A stretch of 64,000 nucleotides of DNA, taken from the IMG/VR virus record IMGVR_UViG_2910822364_000002, positions 16,849 to 80,848 of that record, one strand, 5' to 3'. The stretch is from a virus. Lineage: Duplodnaviria > Caudoviricetes. The notes under the pieces were generated by a model that was not told where the DNA came from, did no database searches, and was given only the letters and a program-made list of their open reading frames with translations. The position numbers were made by a program, and so were the translations under genes. Below, piece after piece: positions 39,716 through 51,700 of the stretch; within the stretch, counting starts at the first letter, position 1, and each line of letters starts with the position of its first letter.

Positions 39716-41110
39716 ATGATAAAAGAAATTATTGAGCGAATAAGGCAGGTGATAAGAAAAATGCTTGGAAAAGAAAATATCAGGGATGCGATCGGAGTTG
39801 ATGTTGCCGTATCAGACAAGATGGCAAGAGAAATTGATCTCTGGTCGAAGATGTATAAAAATCAACCGCCGTGGAAAAGAAAAGAACTGAAACTTTGCGG
39901 ATTACCTGCAGCTATTGCCGGAGAATTTGCAAGGCTTGTCACACTGGAATTAAAAACAGAGATCACAGGGAATAAGTTTCTCAACGATGAATACCAAACT
40001 GTGATTGATAATATACGAACCTATACGGAATATGCCTGTGCAAAGGGTGGACTTGCAATGAAGCCTTACGTGTCGGATGGGCATATAGAAGTGGACATGG
40101 TTCAGGCCGATCGGTTCTTTCCTGTAAAATTTAATTCCAGAGGAGAAGTTATTGCAGCAGTATTTATGGAAACTGTCACGATAGGAAAACAGGTATATAC
40201 AAGACTGGAATATCATCGACACGATGAAAAGACGGCTACATACTACATTATCAACAAAGCTTTTGTAAGGCAGGACCTTGATAACGTTGAGGTGTTAGGA
40301 AAAGAAGTACCGCTTAGTGCTGTACCGGAGTGGGCCGATCTTGAAGAAACTGTCACAATCATAAATGTGAAGAAGCCGTTATTTGCATATTTCAAGATTC
40401 CGAATGCAAATAACGTTGATGATTCATCTCCGTTGGGAGTATCTGTATATTCCAGAGCGGTAGATGACATCAAAGAAGCGGATTATCAATGGACGAGGAT
40501 ATTATGGGAATTTGAGGGATCTGAATTAGCAATTGATGGAGACGTTAGCTTATTTAAGCGAAAAGAAAACGGAGAATTTGACCTTCCAAAAGGAAAAGAA
40601 AGACTTTTCCGAATGATGGATTTTGACGATGATAAGGAGCAGTACAAGGTATTTGCACCGCCGATCCGTGATAAGAGCCTTATCAATGGATTTAATGCGA
40701 TTCTTCGTAGGGTAGAGTTTAATTCTGGATTGGCATATGGAACTCTGAGCGATCTGAACACAGTTGATAAGACTGCAGAAGAGATTAAGACAAGTAAACA
40801 ACGATCATACAGCACAGTATCTGATATTCAAAAAGCTTTGCAGAAAGCATTAGAACAATTGATCTATGCAATGGATGTGATCGCACAACTTTCAAATCTA
40901 AATGGCGGTAAGAAGTATGAGGTCAGTTTTGACTGGGATGATTCGATTGTGATCGACAAAGAACAGGAACTGCAGAGTATGCAGCAGGATGCAACAGCAG
41001 GACTGATCCGAAAAGAAATATACATTGCGGCCAAGTATGGCGTATCTGAGGAAGAAGCATTGAAAATGATGCCGGTACAGGATGATCGTTTTACCATCCA
41101 GGAAGAGTAG
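39716..41110 (+). CDS. Portal protein (A118/SPP1-like)
   Basis: Follows terminase; SPLGVSVY, GLAYGT, KTAEEI motifs. Confidence 0.9.
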   Translation: MIKEIIERIRQVIRKMLGKENIRDAIGVDVAVSDKMAREIDLWSKMYKNQPPWKRKELKLCGLPAAIAGEFARLVTLELKTEITGNKFLNDEYQTVIDNIRTYTEYACAKGGLAMKPYVSDGHIEVDMVQADRFFPVKFNSRGEVIAAVFMETVTIGKQVYTRLEYHRHDEKTATYYIINKAFVRQDLDNVEVLGKEVPLSAVPEWADLEETVTIINVKKPLFAYFKIPNANNVDDSSPLGVSVYSRAVDDIKEADYQWTRILWEFEGSELAIDGDVSLFKRKENGEFDLPKGKERLFRMMDFDDDKEQYKVFAPPIRDKSLINGFNAILRRVEFNSGLAYGTLSDLNTVDKTAEEIKTSKQRSYSTVSDIQKALQKALEQLIYAMDVIAQLSNLNGGKKYEVSFDWDDSIVIDKEQELQSMQQDATAGLIRKEIYIAAKYGVSEEEALKMMPVQDDRFTIQEE

Positions 41111-41120
41111 GTGATCACAG

Positions 41121-42884
41121 ATGCTTGATCCGAAGTATTTGGAAAAGTTCTCCGATCAGTTACTTGGCATCATTGACACTCTGACAATAGCGATCATATC
41201 TGATATGGCAAAAAGAATCGTAAAGATGGGAAATGTATCAGAGTCAACAAAACATCAGGCTGAAGTTTTACAGAATGCAGGTCTTGTTTATAAAGATACG
41301 ATCAAGCGAGTAAGTCAGGTATCGGGGTACCAGAATCGAGAAGTTGAGCGGATGTACCAGGAAGCAGGAGTCAGAAACTTAAAAAATGAAGCTGTCTATT
41401 ACAAACAGGCAGGGAAAGAAGCCATTGTTAAACTTGAACAGTCAAATGGTATGCAAAGGATTCTGCAGGCAAACGTCAGAAAGACATGCCAGGAATTAGA
41501 TAACCTGACAATGACAACAGCTGTTAAAACACAATCTGCTTTTATCCAGGCATGCAATAAGGCACAGATGAAAGTAAGTACCGGAGCGTTTAGTTATGAC
41601 AAAGCCATTGCAGATGCGATCAAAGAGGCAGCAGTGCAGGGAACAGAAGTCTTATATCCGTCACAGCATGTCGATAAATTAGATGTCGCAGTAAGAAGAG
41701 CTGTACTTACCGGAGTAAACCAGACTGCAGCAGAAATGAACTTGCAATACGCAAAAGATCAGAATTGTGATTATGTTGAAACAACTGCACATGAAGGAGC
41801 AAGACCGGAACATGCCGTATGGCAAGGGAAGGTCTTTTGTTTATCTGGGACTGATCCGAAGTATGAAAACTTCTATGAAGCAACAGGATATGGAACAGGG
41901 CCAGGTTTATGTGGTTGGAATTGCCGCCATAACTTCCATGCATTTTTCCCAGGAATATCGACGCTAGCATATACGCAAGAGATGTTAGATGATTATTCTG
42001 CAAAGAATGTTGAATACAATGGAAAGCAATTTACAGAGTATGAAGCGGGTCAGATGCAGAGAGGTCATGAACGACAGATCAGAGAGACAAAGAGGAAACT
42101 TGCTGGATATAATTCAGCGATCAGTGAAGCGAAAGATGATTTAAAAAATACTTTACAGAATCGGTTTAATGAAGAATCTGTGAGATTAAAGAAACAGGAA
42201 GCAGCATTAAAAGTTTTCTGCAAAGAAACAGGAAGGCGATATGAGTCTGCAAGAGTTCAGATCCATGCGGTGAAGAACAAAGCAGGAGATATCGTTGGAT
42301 TCAACCGAAGTGTAGCACAGAAGGCTGTATGGCAAGATCGAAAGAATATCTTTAAGAATCAAATGTCTAAACAGTTAGAAAAACTGGCAGAAGAAGAAAA
42401 GAAGGCAATCTGGCGATATACTGGTAATGCAGCGAACCGAGTGAACAGTGCAATATATTCTGGAAAACAGCAAAGAATTGATCAGGAAAAAGGATTTATG
42501 GATCTGTTGGATTCTGCATTAAGTAAAGGTACTGCAGAACATAAAATGGTAGTTCATCGTGATACGATTCCAGAATATTTAAATGCATTTCCAAAAGGTT
42601 TTCAATATTCCGAAGAGGATATAAAAAGAATGAATGGAATGACCTTAACGAATAAAGGTTATACATCTACATCTTTTCATGACATAATGTATCAGGGGAG
42701 AAATGTTCATCTTGAAATTGAGATCCCTAAAGGGTATAAAGGCTGTTTATATATAAAAGATGTCGCAACTGAAAAATACAAAAATCAAGAAGAAGTGTTG
42801 TTTAAACGAGGATTTCAGTATAAAATAAAAAGTGTAAATAAAGAAAAGGACAGATACTATATCAAAGCGGAGGCTGTTTTATGA
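41121..42884 (+). CDS. Minor capsid (MuF-type) protein with C-terminal ADP-ribosyltransferase domain
   Basis: N-part with H.GARPEHAVWQG and GWNCRH; C-part with VHR, YTSTS and QEEVL (R-STS-E triad of VIP2/C3-like ARTs). Confidence 0.88.
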   Translation: MLDPKYLEKFSDQLLGIIDTLTIAIISDMAKRIVKMGNVSESTKHQAEVLQNAGLVYKDTIKRVSQVSGYQNREVERMYQEAGVRNLKNEAVYYKQAGKEAIVKLEQSNGMQRILQANVRKTCQELDNLTMTTAVKTQSAFIQACNKAQMKVSTGAFSYDKAIADAIKEAAVQGTEVLYPSQHVDKLDVAVRRAVLTGVNQTAAEMNLQYAKDQNCDYVETTAHEGARPEHAVWQGKVFCLSGTDPKYENFYEATGYGTGPGLCGWNCRHNFHAFFPGISTLAYTQEMLDDYSAKNVEYNGKQFTEYEAGQMQRGHERQIRETKRKLAGYNSAISEAKDDLKNTLQNRFNEESVRLKKQEAALKVFCKETGRRYESARVQIHAVKNKAGDIVGFNRSVAQKAVWQDRKNIFKNQMSKQLEKLAEEEKKAIWRYTGNAANRVNSAIYSGKQQRIDQEKGFMDLLDSALSKGTAEHKMVVHRDTIPEYLNAFPKGFQYSEEDIKRMNGMTLTNKGYTSTSFHDIMYQGRNVHLEIEIPKGYKGCLYIKDVATEKYKNQEEVLFKRGFQYKIKSVNKEKDRYYIKAEAVL

Positions 42885-43186
42885 GTGGAATAGGATATTA
42901 TTATGATGAAAATGGTGTGAAACAAGAAATGGAAATAGGTCCGAGTTTTGATGACTTTCCTGGAATGGCAAAAGTGACAAGTCCTATACCAATATGCCAT
43001 GCATGCAGAAAAGCAGATTTTGATGAAAAAGGTTACGAAACTTTATGTAAAGTGTATGGTAAGATACCAAGCAAACATTTAAAAGCAAAAGATTATAATT
43101 GCCCATATTTTGATAACGAAAATAATGGGTGGTATCAGTTGATAAAAGATAAAGTAGAAAAAGCAAAGGGTGAGAACAATGGATAA
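42881..43186 (+). CDS. Small protein coupled to MuF-ART; candidate immunity
   Basis: ATGA overlap with the toxin stop; CxxC...C...C residues. Confidence 0.55.
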   Translation: MSGIGYYYDENGVKQEMEIGPSFDDFPGMAKVTSPIPICHACRKADFDEKGYETLCKVYGKIPSKHLKAKDYNCPYFDNENNGWYQLIKDKVEKAKGENNG

Positions 43187-43499
43187 CTTTAAAGCAGTAT
43201 ATAAAATCTTATCAGCATTGGAAAAAGCAATGGATTATCCAGAATTTGATATCAACGATGTTGGATCAGAAGCATTAGGAGTTTCTGAAGAACGTTGGGC
43301 ACGATATATAGAGATGATGGTTGATGTCGGATATATTAAGGGTGTAAGTATAAAACGTGATATCACAGGAGCAACAAGGATTAATGCAAGCGATGTCAGA
43401 ATTACGTTAAAGGGTCTTGAGTATCTGCAGGAAAATTCAATGATGAAGAAAGTATATAATGCCGTAAAAGGAATCAAGGATATAACACCAGGTTTATAA
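43179..43499 (+). CDS. YjcQ-family protein
   Basis: MDNFKAVYKIL..LE...; ITLKGLEYLQENSMMKK. Confidence 0.8.
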   Translation: MDNFKAVYKILSALEKAMDYPEFDINDVGSEALGVSEERWARYIEMMVDVGYIKGVSIKRDITGATRINASDVRITLKGLEYLQENSMMKKVYNAVKGIKDITPGL

Positions 43500-43504
43500 A
43501 TATG

Positions 43505-43535
43505 TACCATCTGATCGACGTCAGGTGGTATTTTT
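43505..43535 (+). terminator. Rho-independent terminator
   Basis: TACCATCTGA-TCGACG-TCAGGTGGTA then TTTTT. Confidence 0.7.
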
Positions 43536-43767
43536 ATACGAAATTTTAAGAAAGGAGCAGCGAAACATGAAGTCAACAGAATAGAAAGGACGGTAATCCA
43601 AATATCTCCCGGCAGCAGGGTTAAGCTGCAGAAGACACGCAGAGAGATCTGGGTGTTATTTTTATGCAAAGAAATAACATTGGTCAGCTGATCAGACCTT
43701 AAACAGTCGGTTCGTGGCGGTCGGTTACACGCCTAAAACAACCTAATACGAAAGGAGAACGAGCAAC

Positions 43768-44364
43768 ATGAAAACAGAATTTTTAAAAGAGCTAGGACTT
43801 ACCCAGGAAGTGATCGATAAGATCATGGCCGAAAACGGGAAAGACATCGCAGCAGAACAGAAGAAATCAGAAAAGATCACTCAGGAGCGAGACAGCTACA
43901 AGCTGAAATCAGAAAGTCTTGAAACTCAGGTAAACGATGCAAATGAAGAAATTCAGAAGTTTAGGGACATGGACATTGACGGCATCAAGCAGGCAGCAGA
44001 TGACTGGAAAGAGAAAGCTGAGAAAGCAAAGAGTGATGCAGATGCCCAGATTTCAGAATTGAAATTTGATTATGCATTATCTGCAGCATTGACAGGAGCG
44101 AGAGCTAGAAATAGCAAAGCGGTCAAGGCATTACTTGATATGGATGGACTGAAATTAAACGATGGAAAGATCATCGGTTTAGATGAACAGCTGTCACAGA
44201 TCAAGGAAGAAAACGGCTTTTTGTTCGAAAGTGATGAACCTGCACCAACGATCGTTAAAGGAACAAATGGTGGTTCTGGCGGTATTGGTGGAAAGAAACC
44301 AAGTGAAATGACATATTCGGAACTCTGTGACTATATGGAACAGAATCCCGGAGCAGAGATTTAA
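43768..44364 (+). CDS. Capsid scaffold protein (GP20-like)
   Basis: MKTEFLKELGL...IM.ENGKDI; GARNSKAV.ALLD; GLDEQL..IKE...FLF. Confidence 0.88.
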   Translation: MKTEFLKELGLTQEVIDKIMAENGKDIAAEQKKSEKITQERDSYKLKSESLETQVNDANEEIQKFRDMDIDGIKQAADDWKEKAEKAKSDADAQISELKFDYALSAALTGARARNSKAVKALLDMDGLKLNDGKIIGLDEQLSQIKEENGFLFESDEPAPTIVKGTNGGSGGIGGKKPSEMTYSELCDYMEQNPGAEI

Positions 44365-44379
44365 ATAAAGGAGTAAAAA

Positions 44380-45507
44380 ATGGCAGGAGAAAAATTTGAT
44401 TCTAAATCATTCAATCCTCAGGCATTCGGTGCCTACACAGAGAGGATTCCAAATTTAAAAAAGAACGAGCTGATCAAGTCCAGAGCCCTAAAAGGTAATC
44501 AGGATATCAAAAACACGTTCAGTTCTCAGACAGGAACAGTATATGCAGTATTGCCAATGCATGGTCTGATCGGTGGAGCAGCACAGAACTATGATGGTGA
44601 GACAGATCTTAAGTCTGAAAACACAGACACATTTGAAAGAGGTGTTGTTGTAGTTGGTCGTATGAAAGGATGGACTGAGCGAGACTTTTCAGAAGATGTT
44701 ACAGGTGGTGTAAGTTTTATGGACAATGTTGCAGCACAGGTCAATGATTACAAAGCTGATCTTGATCAGACAACATTAGTAAAGATTCTGGATGGTGTCT
44801 TTGCAATGACCGGAAAAGAAAACAAAGTCTTTGTTGATAAACATACATCTGATATCACAGAAGTAACAGCAACTGACAAAGATGGAAACGTAAAGAACGT
44901 TGTACAGGCTGACACGTTAAATACAGCTTTACAGAAAGCAGCAGGAGATAATAAGTCTAAGTTTACGATCGCGATCATGCACAGTGCGGTAGCAACAAAC
45001 CTTGAAAATCTGAAGCTGTTAAAATACATGACACAGACAGATGCAAATGGAGTTGAAAGAGACTTAACTCTTGCGACATGGAATGGTCGTCTGGTTCTGA
45101 TCGATGATTCCATGCCAGCAGAAGAAGTTGCTGCAGTAGAAGAAAGTGGAACAAAGGGAGAGTCTGGTTATGTTGCAGCACAGGAAGCTTACACAAAATA
45201 TACAACTTATGTATTAGGTGATGGGGCTTTTGACTATGAAGATATCGGCGCAAAGGTGCCATATGAAATGCATCGTGATCCAAAAACACATGGTGGAGAA
45301 GATACTCTGTATATGAGACAGAGAAAAGTATTTGCACCATACGGAATTTCGTTTACTAGAAAATCTATGGCTGCAAAATCCCCAACAGATGCAGAACTTG
45401 CTGATGGATCTAACTGGACACTGGTTGATAACGGAAAAACAAATTCCGATAAGAAAGTGATCGATCACAAAGCAATTCCAATCGCAAGAATCATTTCCAG
45501 AGGGTAG
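44380..45507 (+). CDS. Major capsid protein
   Basis: 375 aa after scaffold; FDSKSFNPQAFG..; NW.LV...IPIARIISRG terminus. Confidence 0.85.
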   Translation: MAGEKFDSKSFNPQAFGAYTERIPNLKKNELIKSRALKGNQDIKNTFSSQTGTVYAVLPMHGLIGGAAQNYDGETDLKSENTDTFERGVVVVGRMKGWTERDFSEDVTGGVSFMDNVAAQVNDYKADLDQTTLVKILDGVFAMTGKENKVFVDKHTSDITEVTATDKDGNVKNVVQADTLNTALQKAAGDNKSKFTIAIMHSAVATNLENLKLLKYMTQTDANGVERDLTLATWNGRLVLIDDSMPAEEVAAVEESGTKGESGYVAAQEAYTKYTTYVLGDGAFDYEDIGAKVPYEMHRDPKTHGGEDTLYMRQRKVFAPYGISFTRKSMAAKSPTDAELADGSNWTLVDNGKTNSDKKVIDHKAIPIARIISRG

Positions 45508-45520
45508 GCGGTGATCCGGT

Positions 45521-47073
45521 ATGGTGGAATATGCAGACAGGGATTTTTATGAAAATACATTTCATGGCGAGATCATACCGGAGAAAGCTTTCCCTAGTAT
45601 GATCTTAAAGGCGAGTATCTTTGTGAAGTTTCTTACTTTTTCCAGAGTCGATGATATGACAGAGATTCCAGAAGAGGTAAGCTTGGCCACATGTGCGATA
45701 GCAGATGTGATGTATCAGGATGGAATGAGAAAAGATGATGCAGGAAGGGAGATTGCAAGTGAGAACAACGATGGATACAGCGTAAGTTTTGTGACGAGTC
45801 AGAGCAAAACAACAGGCACTGTGGAGCATCGTTGTAAGAAAGCAGCATATCCTTATCTTGCACATACGGGACTCTTGTACAGGGGGTGTGGACCATATGA
45901 TGACAAATGCAGATCTGACGATCTATAACAATCGTGGAGTTGATAAAAAGACAGCACGAAAGCTTTATTTAAAGACTCAGATCAAAGGTGTCAGTTTTTA
46001 CACAAAGCAGCAGACAACTGTTACCGATCAGGGACTTAGTTCTGCAGATATGTATCAGATCCGCATTCCTTTATCTGCAGATACGGAAGGGAAAGAATAC
46101 ATTGATGCTGATAAGTATCGGGAATTATCTGCAGAAGAAGCAGAAAAATACTGGACGATCAATAACGGAGATCTGTTTGGAAAAGGATTGTTAGAAGATT
46201 TTGAGAAAGAATCAGAATTTTTAAAGCAGCAGCACACAGGAAAAGTATTATCGTTTTCGGATAACCGGAGAGGAAGTTTGCCACATTGGAGAATCGGAGG
46301 TGCTTAAATATGGGAACACAAGTTAAAGTCGAACTTTCGCCCGATCAGATCTTAAAGACAAGAGGTCTTCAAGTTGGTGGACCCGCACAAAGATTTTTTA
46401 CCGGAGAGTTCCGAAGAAAGATGGATCCATATGTTCCATTTTTAACCGGAGTATTAAAAGATACTGCAATAGAAAATGTGGACTCAATCCAGTTTGTAAC
46501 TCCATATGCACAAAAGCAATATCACGAGAACAAAGGGAATGGACTTCGTGGCAAAGAATGGGATCAAAGATGTTGGGCAGACAATGGAGATCAGATTGTT
46601 CAGTCTGTTGCAGATTTTGTAGGAGGTAAAGCAGAATGAGTGTGATCGCAAGTGTGAGAGCATTTATCCAGGACTATCCAGGATTATCAGCATTCGATGA
46701 TCTGGTGGGCGTGGAACATCTTCCGGAGGATACAAAAAGTTATGCGATTGAAGCATCTGTAACATCACAGCCAATCAAAAGGCGGTATATTAACGGTGAC
46801 ACAGAACGCCGTTTTAATTTTGTCCTGGCAAGCCGTGAGTACTTCGGGGCAGACGTTGCAGAGAATATTGACGTAGCAGAGTTTTACGAAGATTTCTCAG
46901 ACTGGTTGGAACGATGCACAATCAATAACGAACTTCCGGAAATGGATAAAGGAAAAAGAGCAATTAAAATACAGGCACTGACAAATGGCTATGTGTTTAA
47001 CGCAGATGCGACTAAAGCACAGTATCAGATTCAGTGCCAATTAATTTATTATCAGAAATTAGGAGGAATATAA
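45521..47073 (+). CDS. Head-tail joining genes (45521-45928, 45897-46307, 46310-46639, 46636-47073)
   Basis: Four coupled 110-145 aa ORFs between capsid and major tail protein. Confidence 0.8.
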
Positions 47074-47074
47074 A

Positions 47075-47581
47075 ATGGCAGAAACAGCAAGCAAAACAGT
47101 AAAACAGCGTTATCAGGAAGCATCTTATTTAAAGGTGTCTGAAGCGTTTGAATTAATGGGAACTGGTTTTACAGAGTTGAACGAAGATCCAGGAGCACAG
47201 ACAACGAGCAAAAAATATATCAATGATAAATCATCCACATCAAGCATTACAAGTTATGAAGGTGAGCACGGATTTACAGCCGATCAGATTCCAAGCGAAA
47301 AGGTCATTAAAGATCTGGTCAGTATTGGTAAAGAGAGAAAAACAGGAGCAGATGCAGAACGTGAATTTGTTCGCGTTGATCTGGATGAAAAAGTAGAAGG
47401 AGATACCACTGGGACAGTATTCAAAGCACGTATGTTTACCGTAGCTGCTGAAATTTCAAGTTTCTCTGATAATGACGGAGAATTACAGGTTGAGGGAACA
47501 CTTCACGACAAAGGAGATCCTGTTATGGGTAAATTTGATACAAAGACAAAGACATTTACACCGGATTCAGCGACAGAGTAA
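47075..47581 (+). CDS. Major tail protein
   Basis: Position and MG.GFTELNE.P.A.T..KKYIND motif. Confidence 0.8.
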   Translation: MAETASKTVKQRYQEASYLKVSEAFELMGTGFTELNEDPGAQTTSKKYINDKSSTSSITSYEGEHGFTADQIPSEKVIKDLVSIGKERKTGADAEREFVRVDLDEKVEGDTTGTVFKARMFTVAAEISSFSDNDGELQVEGTLHDKGDPVMGKFDTKTKTFTPDSATE

Positions 47582-47627
47582 ACGAAAGCGAAGCGAAGAT
47601 TGGAATTAGAATTAAGGAGTAAGATAT

Positions 47628-48625
47628 ATGTTTATTTGGAATGGAGAGAAGCTTGCATTTAATTTTCTGGATGCAGATATGATGAAGAAGTTTAATGATG
47701 CAAGCAAAGAGATGTGGAAGGAACTTGGAGAGTACGAAGAAAAGAATGTAAAAGATGGAATGATGGGTCCAGAAGGCGTTGCAAACGAGTCAGAAATCAT
47801 GAGTAGGTTTTTTGATGCAGTATTTGGAGAAGGTTCTGCAGATAAAATCTTTACTGCTAAACATGATCTGACAGAAAGAACGAAAGCAGTTAAGAAGCTT
47901 TATTCTATCAGAGATTCACAGTTAGCAGATCATGAAAAGAGAGTCAATGAACTGTCTAAGTTGTTAGGAGCTGAATGATCAGAAGAGAACTCCCGGTGTC
48001 AGTAGATATCGGGAGTGAAACATATAAGATTGATGCTGATTTCAGAACAATCATGAATGTTGAAGGGATTATCTTTGGAAAAAAAGTTACAGATGATCAA
48101 AAGAAGTTTGCAGCAGAGATGATGAAAGAGATCGATATTGAAGAAAAAGATGCGATTCAAAATGCAAAATATTATGATGCGCTAAAGCTCTTTTACAAAG
48201 ATAATGTTCCGGATGATCTGGAAGAAGCTATGGAAAAAATGCTGTGGTTTTATTCCTGTGGTAAGGAAGATAAACAATCAAAAACAAAAACAAAGAAAAA
48301 AGTGATCAGCTTTGAATATGATTTTGATTATATCAATGCAGGGTTTATGCAGGATTATAAGATTGATCTGTTTGAAGTTGATTTCTTGCATTGGTGGAAG
48401 TTCATGTCATTATTTAGTGCCCTGCATGATGATTGCAAAATCTGTGAGATCATTGGATATCGCGGGGCAGAGTTAAAGAATTTTGACAAAGAACAGAGAA
48501 AAAGGATAAGGGAGATGCAAAAAATCTATGCACTTCCGGATGAGATAAGCAAAGAAGAAAAGAAGAGGCAGGATGAGATAACACAGATACTGCTAAATGG
48601 CGGTGATCTGTCAGGAATATTGTGA
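47628..48625 (+). CDS. Tail assembly chaperones (47628-47978; Gp15-like 47975-48625)
   Basis: Second ORF has I.ADFR and Y.IDL....LHWWKF Gp15 motifs; upstream of TMP. Confidence 0.85.
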
Positions 48626-48728
48626 TAAGAGAAGCGAACAGGCGAGAGCTTGGATCTGCAGGTTGAGCACCCAGGACGTCAAATAGCTTAGAAACTTTAG
48701 AATTTTAGTTATTTGACGAGGTGAAGAC

Positions 48729-51700
48729 ATGGCAGATGGTACAGTTACAATAGAAACCAAACTGGATAATTCTGGTGCAGAAAAAGGATTAAACGATCTT
48801 AAGAAAGAAGTTGAGTCTTCTTCTAAGAGTACAGCACAGGAGATAGATAAAGCTTCTGATCAGGCACAAAAGAGTGTAGAAGAAGTTGCTAAGTCAGCAG
48901 AGAAAACCGGAAAACAAGTAGAAAAGAGTGCAAAGGATTCAGCATCGAAAGCAGGACAGGCAGCCAAACAAGGAGCTGATTCAGCAGCAAAAGGAACAGA
49001 ATCCGCATCTACGAAGATGCAGCAGTCTCATAAAAAGGTAAAGGATACTGCAAAAGAAAGTGCAGATGGCGCAAAAAAGTCTTGGGAAGAATCTAATCAA
49101 AGTACAGTAGCAAGTACAGAGAGTGCAACATCAAAGATGGCCGGATTGATGAAAAAATCTGCAGCAGTAATTGGAGTTGCATCTGTGGCGGCCGCAAAAA
49201 AGACGATCGATGTAGGCAAGTCTTTTGAAGCAGGAATGAGCGAGGTCCAGGCGATCTCCGGAGCATCTGGAAAAGACCTGAAAAAGCTATCTGCAAAAGC
49301 AAAGCAGATGGGAGCTACAACGAAGTTCTCTGCTACAGAGTCAGCTACAGCACTAAAATATATGGCTATGGCAGGGTGGAAAACAAATCAGATGGTTTCT
49401 GGATTGTCCGGTGTCATGAACTTAGCTGCAGCATCTGGAGAAGACCTTGGAACAGTATCCGACATTGTAACGGACTCAATGACCGCTTTCGGATTGAAAG
49501 CAAAGGATTCTGGACATTTTGCAGATGTACTGGCTAAAGCATCGAGTAGTTCTAACACCAATGTTGCAATGATGGGAGAAACATTTAAGTATGTTGCCCC
49601 TCTGGCCGGATCTATGAAGTACAGTATCGAAGATACAGCTACAGCCGTTGGATTGATGGCAAATGCCGGAATCAAGGGATCACAGGCAGGTACAGAGTTA
49701 AGATCTATCCTGACACGACTTGTAAAACCGCCAAAAGATGCAGCGGCAGCATTGAGTGCTTTGGGTATCAGCACAACAAAAGCTGATGGATCCATGAAGC
49801 CAATGAGACAGACGATGGCGGAATTGAGAGAAAAGTTCTCTAGATTAACAGACAGCCAGAAATCCCAGTATGCTGCAGCTATTGCAGGACAGGAAGCAAT
49901 GTCTGGTCTGTTAGCAATCGTAAATGCATCTGATTCCGATTTCAATAAACTGCAAAAGGCAATTGATAATTCTTCCGGTGCAGCCAAGAAACAGGCAGAT
50001 GTCATGAACAATAATCTGCAGGGAGCATTGTATGATCTTGGATCGGCAGCAGAAGCGGTGGGGATTGGTATCTATGAAGATATTAAGACACCTTTAACAA
50101 AAGCCGTTGGTGTTGGGACAAAACAGTTAAGGATTTTATCTAACAAATTGAAAAAAGGTGGAATAAAAGAGATTGTTCCGAAGGAAGCTATAAATACGGT
50201 TGAAAATCTTGGAAAAGTGGCTATGGTAGCTGGCAAAGGTGGAGTAAAAGTATTGGCCACTTCTACAAAACTGCTTGGGGACAACATGGGTGTAGTTATT
50301 CCACTTGCAACATCATTCATGGGTGCCTGGGCCGGAGTTAAGGTTTTCAACACTGCATCTAAAGGAGTTACAGCATTAACTACAGCTTTTAGTGCCTTAA
50401 AAACAATGGAGCAGGCAAATGCAATCACCTTAGTGGCACAACAGGGTGGTTTGACCGCATTGCAGACAGTTGTTGGAATCTTTACAGGTAAGATTTCTCT
50501 TGCGACAGTAGCAACAGGAGCTTTTAATGCAGCATGTACAGCACTTGGCGGTCCAGTAGGTTTAGGAGTTGTTGCAGTAGGTGCTTTAGTAGCAGGAGTC
50601 GCAGCATACACACTGACACAGAAAAAAGCAGTTACAAAAGCAGATCGATACTATTCTTCGTGCACAAAACTCAAAAAGAAACAAGAAGAGATGGCAGCAT
50701 CGATCAAGAGCTTACATAAAGAAAATCAGAAAAATGTAGATTCTGCACGTGCAAATGGTGTTCAGGCAGATCAGTTGTATCAAAAATTGACAAAACTGAT
50801 GAATGTTGAGCATAAGAGCGCTGGGACAAAAGCACAGATTGTAAGTGTAGTTAAACAATTAAATGAATTATTACCAGGGCTGAATCTTGAGTATGACAAA
50901 GAAGCAGATAAGCTAAATAAGTCTACTTCTACGATCAAGAAAAACATCGCAGCATTGAAAGAACAGGCAATGGCCAAGGCTTATCAAAAAGGCATGGAAA
51001 GTGCAGCATCTAAAGTAGCCAAAGCCGATATTGAGAATGAAAAAGCTATCAAGAAAAAGACGGAAGCAACAAACAAATATAATGCCGCTGTTGAAAAAAT
51101 GAATCAGGTTACCGCAAAGGTAAATCAGGGAAAGATAACAACAAGCAGTGATGAATATAAGAAAGCTTCTAATGATCTGACAAAATACTATGATGCAATG
51201 ATGACAGCCAATAAGGCGGTTGAGCAAAGTGGTAAAAACTTAAATGCAGCACAAAAAGAACTGACTGCATACACAGACAAATATACAGCACAGGCAAATT
51301 ATACAGAGTATCTGAAATCTTTAGATGATCTGGCCAAACAGGCAAAGATTAAAGCGAGTGTTATTCCAAAATCTGTTGGAGAGGGAATCAAACAGGGTGT
51401 TTATGCAAATCCAACATCTGGAAAAGAATTAAAGAGCTTGATCAAATTAGATGATCTAGTTAATTCCGATCAGTTGGCCAAGATGCAAGAACAAGGTATG
51501 AAGATACCACAGTATCTGTCAAAAGGGATTTCTGATGGATCTATATCATTTAAGAGTGCTGCAAAACAGATGCAGAATGCGATCAATTGGACCGATCTGA
51601 TCCAAAAGGCAAAGGATGCAGGTGTTAAAGTTCCTGATAGCGTAGCGCAAGGAATTAGTTCCGGACAATATGCGGTCCCTACGTCTGTGCAGGCAGTAAA

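Noticed and set aside
47628-48625. Programmed frameshift between tail chaperones
   Set aside because: Second ORF has its own ATG overlapping the first stop and I found no clear slippery heptamer.
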